From NCBI GenBank assembly GCA_965637545.1, contig OZ281495.1, positions 20,274,001 through 20,338,000 of the forward strand: a DNA stretch of 64,000 nt, given 5' to 3'. Numbering within the stretch: position 1 is the first letter of the stretch; each line of letters begins with the position of its first letter. The DNA comes from Phallusia mammillata (taxonomy: Eukaryota). This document shows, piece after piece, positions 11,301 to 23,300 of the stretch. The position numbers were made by a program, and so were the translations under genes. The notes below the pieces were generated by a model. It was given only the letters and a program-made list of their open reading frames with translations. It searched no databases and had not been told where the DNA came from.

Positions 11301-14300
11301 AGATTGTAATTCGAACACCAAATTTAGGCATAAAATTTACTATTTCTTCTCACCTTGAGGTTTTGAGAAGCAGCAACAGCATGACAAGCATAAATAAAAT
11401 CAAGCAAAAGCAAAGTTGAAGCAGGAAGACAACAAGAAAAATACTGGCTACAGCTTCCAACTATCTCATTCACAATGTCCTGAAAAACAAAACAAAAAAC
11501 ATTTACTTAAGCATAAGTTCAATTAAATACATGAAGTTTCATATCAAGAACTACCACTGAATGAACTTACAGAGTCAGCGGAATGAAGTCCATCATGTAA
11601 TATTGCATAAAACTGTGCAAGGTGGTCTGGTTCAAGTGGAGTGTCATGTTCTCTCTGCACGGTCATCTTGCATAGGAGTTGGTAAGCATGAAGTTTGCCA
11701 CCTTTGTGACTGTCTGGCAAGGCCATGGTTGCCTAGCAACAAGCAAACATGTTTACTGATGAAAACTAAATTGTATCACGAAAGCGTTTTTTTTTTAAAT
11801 TATAAATCAATGTAAGAATTCAGACGGAAATGATTTACATGTATTGTTGCGTACAGGAAATGCTTATAGAGTAATAAACCCTTTAATGCAACAAAAACCA
11901 TTGTGCACAAAAATTTTTGTCAGAGCTATCTATAACCTCTGAGATTGCAAAAGTAAACTAGACAGCACTTTGTCTATCAACCCCTTTCTGAAATGCTGCT
12001 ATGAAAATATGTTTTTCCTTCTGATTGCACATGTTATTATTATTTTATGCAAGTTATGTTAAACTACCTTTTTATGATACTAAAAATTAAAAAAGCACTG
12101 TTCTAATGTGAATCTCTTTGATATTTTTAAATCTTTGATATTTCTTACTCCATGGCTGAAAATAACAAATACAAATCTTTTTGTATCTGATTTTCAACAC
12201 TTCATTCACAATTCTTTAAAAAACAAACAAACTTGCTTGCTTGCTAACCGCTGTTACCCTTCCACACTGTTTCAACCAAACCAAATGCTCTTACTCATCT
12301 ATTGTATAGTATACACAGCAAAATGTCAGGACAGTCACAACTTTTGCTGAAATACAGGATATACTGTCACCAACATAAACGGGTACTTCCCTATTAAACT
12401 TACCCAAGTGAACCAGGCCTTCAAGGCATGCAATGCTTCCATTGCCAATAAATTCAAATTTTACAGAAACCAATTTTTTATGCATGTTCGGCTGCAAAGA
12501 ATGCTGTCCAAAGCTGTGTAGATATGCCTACATCTTGCTAAATGCCAGGTCATAACCACAAGAAGCAGATGACCGCTACCACAAAATAATCAATATATTG
12601 ATCTATACATGTGCAAGGGCATATTATTACCTATTAGGTCGTAGTTTAGCCTACCAAACTTGAGTTTGTTTCTTCAAGATGTAAACATCAAATAAAAATT
12701 TGTAACAAAGGAGAATATGTAACAAACTTTTCATATTTTTGTTAAAGACAGGAGTAATTTACTCACCTTAAATCCCCATGGAGCTAATATTCGTAAAGGT
12801 GGCACAAGTTCAGATGATTCAGCTGCTGCTGGGCTGTTGTCACCATTGAGGCCAAGATTTTGACGCATCTGCATATAAATACAAGCATCCTGTCACTCTA
12901 TGTATATCACAGACCTAGTCAAATCAGTGCAGAATACAGGTGGAGATATGAAAAACAATACAACCACATTTAAATTTTTCAAAAAGGTTTACTTTACAAT
13001 GTTACATTTTATTTCAGGCAGTATAACAAAAACGAGTTAATTTTTGATAGTTTAGGTTTCAATTTTTTTATGTATCAAATTGTTCAAAACTGGTTGTACA
13101 TTTTCCAAAATGTCATTGGCTTCTCTTCTTGCGATAGACGTTCGACTTTGCCTACTAAACCAGGAAGGAAAGGAACCAACAGGAGACGCAGGTGATTTCA
13201 AATCACTTGAAAGAACATCATCATCAACAACTGTGTCACGCTCTTCATAATCATCCTCAAAAACGTCAGATTCAATATCAGTCACATAAGAAGTAGTGTC
13301 AGCAGCATACTTTCGTCGAATGTTATCATGCTTGCTTCGGGACTCAGAATAAATGTCAGAAGAGCTGACTGAAATACTTTTTTTCTCATAATCGTAAGAT
13401 GGGCTCTGAATTTTTGAGCTTGAAACACTGCTTGTTATTGTGGAAGTACTCGAGCTAACACTGCTTTGCTTTGAAGCACCTTCATCCTCAGAAAATAGAG
13501 AGGGAATATTGGGATTGCTAAACAGAGATCGAAGTTTACGTTTCATATTCATACCTACAAACACACAAAAAAGCTGCAAATGCTTTCAAACAATGTACTC
13601 TACTAGGAATAGCAAAACAACTATCTACATCAAGGACATTCCCTCTGCATTCAATCCAGCTGTAGCATGTATATGCCATGCTTGTTTACTTTTCTGACTT
13701 GTCAGCCTTCAACCCACACAGACAGAGCAAGTACCAGAGAGGAAATGGAGGACAGATTGCATTTACATGAAAACTATCTAAGCCTATTTTGAATTCCAAG
13801 GATTCGTTCTACTGTCACTTGCAACTATGAAATGCTCCTACCTACTGTTGTTAAGCATAAGGTCTGTAAATGATTGTACCGTGCCACTGCTCACCTGGCA
13901 CGATACAGACAAGGCCCCTACACAAAATGCTAAGTAAATACAATCACCAATGAATAAAAGCGTGCTACCACAAGCTGTTTTGTTGATCTACACAAGGTGC
14001 AAATGGATATTTTCCTCTATACACACAAGTCTCTGTCTTCACAAAGCTTCAAACACACAATTCCTTATTATCAGACAACCCTGCTATCAACTGTCACAAC
14101 TGATACTTAAAGGCAGTGATTAAATACATATAATTTGCCTGGATTACCATTGACTGGAAACCCATGCATTATTTAACACTAGTATGCCACCACATCACAA
14201 TGCAAGATAATACAATAGACATATACATGTTACAACTGGAATATATCTGCTTCTGAAAGCACACTACACTAACACACTGCTGATGTGACCTGGTTGTGCT

Positions 14301-17300
14301 GTTCAACAAACCATAGAGTAATGTGCTAGTTTCATGCCATTAAAAACTCTACCCATAAAGTAACTGTGAATGACTCTTCCGACACACATAACAATGGAAG
14401 CACAAGAACTGGCAAAACGTCATAAACCTACTGTCATTTTCTACCATGATTACAATAAAAGTTGAATATACCAACCAATACATTAACTGAATGATCACAA
14501 TAATTTTTGTTTCGCAATAGATCAATTCAATCACCTTAGAAAGGAACTTTTTACAAATTATGTACATTAACCAAAAGCCAGACTAGCACATAAATTCAAC
14601 AAAAGGAGTTTCACCTTGAAAAGAATTCCCCATAGTTCAAGAAGATAGCTGAAAACCAGTTGGTGTATTTGAGGGTTGCTAATTTCATTTACATCACCCA
14701 GAATACCCAGGAGGCGGCGCCACAGAGCAACAGCTACATCAGCAAACCATCCAGTCCTGTTTCCTCCAGCCAGAATACTGCAATCACTCATGTTGGTATC
14801 TGGAAGAATGCAAGCAGTTTTTGTGTATTTGGCAATTTGAAAATTTGGTCTGTGCCTTCCATTAAGATAAACTGACAGTGGAATATTAGGTACCAACTAG
14901 AAGAGTGGCTTTCTGATATACTTCCATTTTATATATTCTATACGATATTTACCAATTAACTATACACATCATTTGATCTACACATATGATTGTTTTTGTA
15001 AACAAAAACTGATGGGTCCCCACACGCGCGTTTGTGCGGATTTACAGTAAACAAATGTTGCGGTGATTTTTACATTCTTAAGGACAAATTTTTAGAAAGC
15101 ATTAACGCAACAATAAAAAAAAATTGTTCGTATTCTTTTTGCACTATTATTGTCATGTAATTACAAAATTAAAAAAACGTAACAAAGACTTAAATCTAAT
15201 CTCTTGCTTTGACCCAGATATAGTCCTCCAAGGTCGGGTTTTGAACAAAATTTTTTTAGAAAGCTGTAATAGTTGTGTTACAGACACTTTAAATTAAAAA
15301 GCAATTTGCTACAAGTGTATACATAACAAATTGTTTTTCATTTAACTTTGTTTCGCAAAACGAGTACCATTGACCAGTAGTAACCTCTCAGGGTGCACAC
15401 GCCAAACGACTGTTTGACCTTTTGACACCGTTTTTAATAGCACGCCGTCATTCGTGTTCAACAATACTGTTAAGCCTAATTTATACATGCCTTGAGTATT
15501 GACTCCTTAATTGATTGTCAAAAAAACGCTACGTTATGAAGAAAGTTCTGAGCTGTGTTTGTAATACCGACTAGTTGACGTTAAGTAACCCGTGATCATG
15601 CGGCAGCCAACCTGACAACGAGCATTTAAAAAAACATTTATTTGGCAAAACTCAAGTTAATTTTTTCATCTTAACTTTTATTAACAAAGTTTTTCTTGAC
15701 ATATACAAAACCGAAGCACGGTTATTAGGTTTAAATCACGTCATAGGTGTAAAACCTTCGCCAAAACTGAAAATGTGAGTGACCACTTAATAAAACGACA
15801 TAGCATTGCTGTGCAAAACAGCTGATTTCTAATCACTGAAACGACGTCTCGTAAAACGTCTGTCCGACGTCAAGCTGAGCCCTCCCGCTATCGTAAACCA
15901 GTGAGTTACTCTCTTGGTACTTCTGCCTACAGTGTCTTTCTTGACCAAACGGGCGTTAGACACATTTATGTTTTGGGGGCCTATGGGTGAACCTCTGGGT
16001 CATACGGGGTCAAAATTCACATGGACCATCTTTAGACCAATATCTGCAATGTGTGTAAATTTGAAAAAGTTTGAACCATTCTTTCTTGACCAAAACGTGG
16101 GAACAATAGCCGCGCTACAAATTTCACGTTTTGGGGTGCTGTGGGTGAACCGGGGGATCAAACGGGGTCAAAATTTACATGGACCATCTTTAGACCAATA
16201 TCTTTAATGTGTGTAAATTTGAAAAAGTTTGAACCATTCTTTCTTGACCAAAACAAGGGAACAAATCTGCGTTAGAAAGAAAAAAAGAAAAAAGAAAAAA
16301 AGAAAAAAAGAAAAAAAGAAAAAAAGAAAAAAGAAAAAAAAAATACGGACAAAAACAATATGTGTCCCCTTCAGGGAAGGGGACCCATAACTATCACTGT
16401 TGTAGATGCTGCACGACTGAGTTAGTGATGGTCACTGCATAAGCAATATATGATCAATGTAGCATAATAACAAAACAGATTTAAAGCAGTTTGATATCCA
16501 ATATAAAAATCAAAGCCACTACGACATTGTTAGGCGAGCATATATATGCAAAAGTCAATAATGCCCCCAGCATTGTCAACCTTTGTTTTCTTTTGCTTTT
16601 TTGTGTGCAATATATATCTGTGTGCATGTGACAAGATATAGATCAATATTTTAGATTGGAATGAACGATAAGGTTAATCTAACTAAAACAGAAAAAGGTT
16701 ACATACAAAAAATGTCACCTTTTCCAGTGTTCAAAATATCTCCTTCAAAACTTGTGTCGTCAAGTCTTTCAGCAAATGCAGCCTCAGTAGCTGAAACCAA
16801 AGTTCACACATAATAAGTTTAGTAAGTTACAACTCATTTTCAACATGAAATCATCTTACCTGGTTGGGGTGTACTGCAATTTTGAAGCAAAATATTTTCA
16901 GTGGAGTTTGCAATTAAGCTAGGCTCTTCATCCTCAGCTACATCCACTGCAACATCTGCATCACAAGTTTCAACAGATGCAGAGTCATCAACTGTTGAAA
17001 TTGTGACAACAACACTTTCTTTGGAAGGAGATGTAGATTGGCTGTCACTGGAATGTCCTTTGTTGAGTTCACCAGTACTGTTGCTCAAACTGCTAGTTGC
17101 AATATTTGCTGGAGAACTTCGCATGTTAGTTTGATCAACAGGAGTTGAATTTGCAGTCACTGATTCAGGTCTATAAATTCCAATTTACCATATTTCAAAA
17201 TTTGCAAATAGTATACTATATTCTGTTTATAAAAATTTTTCGAATACATTGTTGAAAAAACTATGACCAGAGGCAAAAAGGTTCGCAAATACTAGACAAT

Positions 17301-20300
17301 GAAGGCTTAGCCCGAAATGCAAAGGCAAGGCCAATCACACCTGTAAATGGCCTGTAGCAAAGTTATGTTGAAATTTGATGTAACTACATCCAGTTAAAAT
17401 AATCAAAGACTATAAGCAATCACTTATCATAGCCCCACTATGCAACAAAATAATATTGTAAAAAATAAATGTGCTGTATTGATCTTACTCCGGTAGTGAA
17501 TGGTTGGAATGTGAAGGACTTGGGCTCAAGGCATCATCAATTGAAGTTGTTGCTGTTAAACCTTCTTCAACTAAACTTTCTAAGATGAAAAGCAACATTA
17601 GTTCTTTGTTCAAAATCCTAGTAAGTGAAAGCAAGTAACAAAACACCACTGCAAAGTTTGTTTTAATGCCTTGTTAAGCAATACATTATTGGCAATGACT
17701 AAATTAAAAACGAAAGCACAACTTTTGTTGATTTCAAGTGCAATTAATGCACAGCACAACAAATCAAAGAGCAACATCTATCAACAACCAAAATTATTTA
17801 TTTTAGCCGCAGTGAGTAATTATAGGTGAATTCTAAAAACACCACTCATGCATGTTAGATTTACAAAGTAACTTTTTCAGTTAATGTATTTTTTATTAGT
17901 CAATTTGTTTCAAAACTGTAAAAATACTAGTGTCAATACTCAGCTAAATAATAAAAAAACCTGTGTTGGAACAAGATGTGTTAGGAATCCTAGGATATCA
18001 CACCAGTAAACCACAAAACCAGATAATCTCAATTTATACATACACATGCCAACTACAAATAAATCAAAAAAAGTTCATTTTTTGTAGTCCATGCTTTGAT
18101 CCTTGTTAATTACCTGTTCCATACATAACATATGGAACAGAATGTGCAAACCACCAACTAAGTGTCCAAAACTAAAAAAGAAACAACGCCATGGCATGGA
18201 ATTAAATTAAACCAAGTTGTAAATCACACACATGCTGTCAGTTGCCATTCCCATGCACTCACAGCCAGCAAATAAACCTCTGCACACGAGCACACACTCA
18301 CCGTGTAATTCAGAGTTATTTTGTGTCAAGTTAGTATCGTGGTAATGGGGCTGGGGTTGGGGGTTTGGGGCATGATTGTCTGATGTGTTGCCATCAACAA
18401 CTGAGGTTGTATCAGAATGGGAGATTAGGTCATGATTTAATGATGTGGGGGTTGTGATTTCTGATGAGTCACTGTGTGTGGAGAGATAGTCAATTTCGAA
18501 CAGGCTGAGTTGTTTTGCGGGAAGGGCAACCCTTGCAGGGATTGCGGGGGGTGTAAGGGAGAGGGGGATTGTGGGTAAGCGTGGGGACATGGAGGATATG
18601 ATACTGGATGAAAGGGCTGAAGCCAGTGAGTTGCTGAAGCTTTTGTCTTCTGTGCACATTTCCTGCCTTGATACCGGAATCGACATGGCTGATGAGAGAT
18701 TTTCACAGGAAGAAATTAAAGTGTGCAGCATACCATACCGTACATCCACACTTTCTCCAGCACATTCCACTTTAACACACTTCAAAACTCAAACCATACC
18801 ATCAAATGTCTGTTTTATCCAAATCATATAAAAAACGAACCCAAAGTAAAACAACATGCATCATTCACATATGTCATTACTTAGATTTAAACATACAATT
18901 AAAAAGTTAGCAATCAATGTAGCAATCAACTACCTGCAGAGGCAGTGTCAGTTAAACTGTTTGGTTGATCAACTTGGTCAAATATGGCAATTTCCATTGA
19001 AAGCTTGTCTTGCACATCATTGCTATCACTGCTAATGCTGGATTCTACAGCACAACAATCAAAGTAGTTTTGATTGCATTTGTAATTAAACATACATAAA
19101 CAGTTGCAAACTCAGATGTGAATGATCACATAACCTACTTTGCAATGCCTGGTTATCAGCCCATGGGTTCCATTGTGGATCAATTGTGGCTGAATCTTGA
19201 CTGTGAATGCTTGTCACCTCTCCTGGCCAAACCTGCATAAGATGGCATGTTAGTATTTATAAAATGTGACAGGTGATTGCCAAACAAATACTAGTTTAGA
19301 ACTAACAGCTTTTACAAAAGCTGATTATAAACTATTTTATGGCATTCAGCTAAAACACAGTACAAGAAAGACCAGGTGAAAAGAAGCTTGCTGGTTGCGA
19401 AAGGTTAGTGTCAGTATTACTGGTTTTGGCAATGCTGCTTTTGGATGAGATAAGGTTTTTTCAATTTTTTTCTCCACATTCATACATTCTTTTAAAGATG
19501 ATGAGAAACCTTTGCCAACAAGCATAGTTCATACCGGCTACCGCTATTGCTAAGGTTGAGAAACCCTAGTTTAGATACTGTTTATGATTGCACCTCATCA
19601 GAAACTGTGTCCTTTTCAGCATGCAGCCTCTCATGAATTAGTTCATCAAACATATCATCTGCTTCAAGGCTCTGCACACTCACTGATGTGCTGTCACCGT
19701 CTGTTGTGCCTGCGTACTGGTGAACTTCATGAGTTGGTTCCTGCCAAGCTGAATAAGCACAAAGTATGCAATCGGTTTAGTTATATAACATTAACAGAAT
19801 TTGGAGATTTATAAATTTGCATAGTAATGACCATCATTATCACTATTAGTGTTGCTTAACAGAACAGTAAAAAATTTTTCAAGCTTTTATATGCAACTAA
19901 CTAGACAATTTTATTTTTATGCAATTAATCTGAAAAAGCAATGGCTTCATTTTGGGATGACAATTCCATTTATTAACCAAATCCGTCTGCACTAAAGTAT
20001 ATGAGTTACCTAGTATTCTGCATATTCACCTTAAATGCCCAAAAGACACTTGTTGTTTAGCCACCCTAATGTAAATCCATAAACTAAGTATTCAGCATTT
20101 TTTTCTTACCAACATGATGACCATTAGTGAGGGCTGTTGGTTGTATTTCACTGCTGTCATTGCTGTTAATTCCTTCTGAGTCACATCGGTTTCGAATCAG
20201 GGACAAGGAGTGTTCTTTGCCTGCCATCAAATCGAAACATGTAAAAAAAATTAAAGTTACTTTAAACTTGTGGTATAAAGTTTTTAACAGGTAAAGACAA

Positions 20301-23300
20301 ACAAATTAGCTAAAATCAAGACCACTTCAAAAAAAAAGAAAAAGTCAAAAAAGTTTAATATCGTAAAGTAGTCACAAATTTACCTATAGTTGATATATCA
20401 GATGCACTGCTTCTTCTTTTCGGCTGAATAATGGAGTCAGAGGATTCACTTTGTGTGGTCGGAAGTTCAATAGCAGACGCCCCTCGCTGTGCAGAAGATT
20501 CAACAACTTGTCCTGTGTCCTCAGAATCAGCTAATATGCGAGCAGCTAAAACAAATGAAATGTAACTGTAGTAAACATTTTTTACAAGCCTTTGCAGTGT
20601 GGTGTTGAACAAATCGGACGCACACACTAAAAAGAAGTATATGTAGCTTACTAGTGGATGATCGGGATTTGTTGGCAGGTTTGTCAGTTACTTCTGCCTT
20701 GGAATTGAATTTTGATTCTGCTTTATCAGCTGGTGTCCTTGGGACAAGTGCAGATTGGCTTCGTGACCTTGTGTCAGTGTCTGGAAGGTTTGTGTTAATC
20801 AGTGAATTTGAATCTCTACTCCAACCTCGACTAAACGATCTTTCAGACAACATCCCACCAAACTGTTTTGTACCTTTGTTTCTGCAAGATATGCAAAGAA
20901 TTTTATTCACTTTTTTGTGTGATTACATAATTTTATGTAAATATTTCTGCATCATCTGTAATGACAAAGTTACATTGAAGTAAATGAATATTCATCAAGC
21001 CATCAACTTTACATTTTGATGACAATATTTAAAATGTAACTTTAATGTGTATTTTTGTATCATAGAGTAGTTTACACCCATGTAGGCAAACATAGCAAAG
21101 GAAGCTACTACCAATACATACCCTGGTCCTTTCTTTTGCTTTTTATGTTTCTGCTCAGTAAGTCTGTCCAAAGGCAAGTCTTGTAGTTCAAGTTTGTAAA
21201 CATGGCGTGCCAAAACACGAGTCATGGTTTCCATGTTTTTCTGCCATGTAAAAGGGAGTTTATTTACTATTACATCAGTTAAACTGATGAAACAAGCAAA
21301 AGTTAACTTACAGCCCATTCTGTAATGAGTTCTTCCCATTGGGTAAGAGAAGAAAGAACCTCAACCAATTCATCCCATAGATCTCGTGACACATGAACAA
21401 ACAGGTTAGCTTTGATCCAAGATACAATCAATGTCTGTAAAACACAAGTCTTTTTAAACAACAGTCAGTTTTTCATGTTAAAAAGTATTGGCTTCCACTC
21501 AAATGAAAAAAAAATCTACGGGTGACAAAATCCTTCTGACCTGGAATACTGGGCCTGCCAGTCTGCTGGCAACAGTGTGAAATTTGCCCATTTCTATTTC
21601 CTCATCTGAAACATCTTGTAACATACTACGAGTGACATGCAACAAAACCCGAAGTAGTTGTCTCCAGGTGATGTCAGATAGAGGAACGTTCATTACCATG
21701 AACCGATACAGATTCAACACTCTCTTGCATACATCAACCTGTAAAGCAAATAATTTGTGTATCAATGTATACCAAGCAATTGGTTTCAGGATTGCCCTAT
21801 TTTAAATTGTTGTATACATACAAAATGTAAATTTGACATGAAAATTAATCACTGGGCAAAGAGAAAAGTGTAGAAGAGACAAATCAGAATCTTTACCAAT
21901 CACTTTCTCTCTTTTACCAACTAAAAAACTAAAAAAATGACATTCCTTATCAGAAGTTAAATTAATGCTTTGTACACTAGGGTCTGACTGATAGTTACTT
22001 GTGTTTCAAGCAGTTTTGTTGCATTTGGAGGAGGTTCAACAAGGAAAACATGGGCTGAGTTTGTCACAAACAACTGCAGAGTGCTTTGATTTCCTCCACG
22101 GACCTGTGAAGAGGCAAAGCACACAATATATCAATGGACAGTGTTGACCTGGGACTATTGACAGATCCACATTAAGACCAAGTAAACAAACAAAGCCGAA
22201 GGTTCCTCATGTGTAAATGGAGCTTGATGTAACCAATGTATATGGCTGAGCTGGCCATCTGCCATATTGGAGACTGTTTGATTTAAACATCAATCTCAAG
22301 AAAATATTTAACTAGATAATTTGGGGAAAACATACATAAAATAAAATGACATTTACATATTTTTAGCCAAAATATACTGGCCCACAAAATTTATGGAATT
22401 TCAATTTCATAAATTAGAAGACAAGAATGCAGAGTAGTTAAAATTAATAATGTGGATCATGTTTATGTAAAAAGAGATTTCCATTAGGCAAAAATTCTTC
22501 CTTTGCGGGGTGTAAGGTGGTGGTGAATCTATACCTGCACTGAATGAGCCTCATCAATGACAGGATTTAGTTGACCTCGAATGTAGGAAACATTACGAAG
22601 GGAATTGCTGGAAACTTGTGTTGACAAATGATTGGATTTCGATTCTGCCCCATTATCCTGCAAAGAAAACACATATACATAAACCTGCTTCTTTTATGTT
22701 GAAAAACAAATGTTCGTTACTCACTTCTGATGAAACAGCTTCTTCATCATCTTCATCTTCCATAAAAACTGGAATTTCTCCATCCTGTGTAAATGATATA
22801 GTTACAAACTAATTTTTGTCCCAAGTTCCATACTCTGTGTGGAATTTTAATATTGCAGCAGTGTTTAGTATAGTGAAGCACTGAGTATCGATAATAAAAA
22901 ATGTGAATATGCCTACACAACGGTTAGCCTTGAAAGAACTTTACACATTAATGGTATTAAGTACTTTTTAACCATACCCACAAAGACTGCGAAACACATT
23001 ACTACATTTTTTATTTATTTCATGCATTTAAGCTGCCATCAAAAAGGCAATTAATTGAAAACACTTTAAACTACAGTTATTATATGAATATAAAATGTTT
23101 ATGAGTCGCTGAATGAAATATATGGTAATTTAGAAACGTTCATTTTGCATTTAATTACCTGGATCCATTCTTGATAAACTTTTACAACTCGCCGCATGGT
23201 TGGCACTTCAGTGAGGGGAAGCATAAAAGCCTAAAATAGAAAGTCAATCACATATGGTGAGGCTCATTTTAATGGTAATGGGATGAAAGCAAATTATACT

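Larger units (their letters stand above)
14991..16390 (-). mobile_element. Non-autonomous Helentron/DINE-1-like (HINE) element
   Basis: Subterminal inverted repeats TGATGGGTCCCC (15010-15021) and GGGGACCCATAA (16379-16390). Perfect 9-bp hairpin GTCCCCTTC-agg-GAAGGGGAC (16364-16384), second hairpin GTTTTTGT-aa-ACAAAAAC (14992-15009), A-rich microsatellite (16274-16343), and about 2 copies of a 145-158-bp core repeat (15936-16254). No TSD and no ORF. CpG-richer than the host intron. Confidence 0.7.

Noticed and set aside
20629-20646. Partial resemblance to miR-1 (aaagaagtat...)
   Set aside because: The seed region is absent, there is no hairpin, and it is the antisense of an intron's 5' end. 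No tRNA, rRNA or known miRNA was recognised elsewhere by eye.
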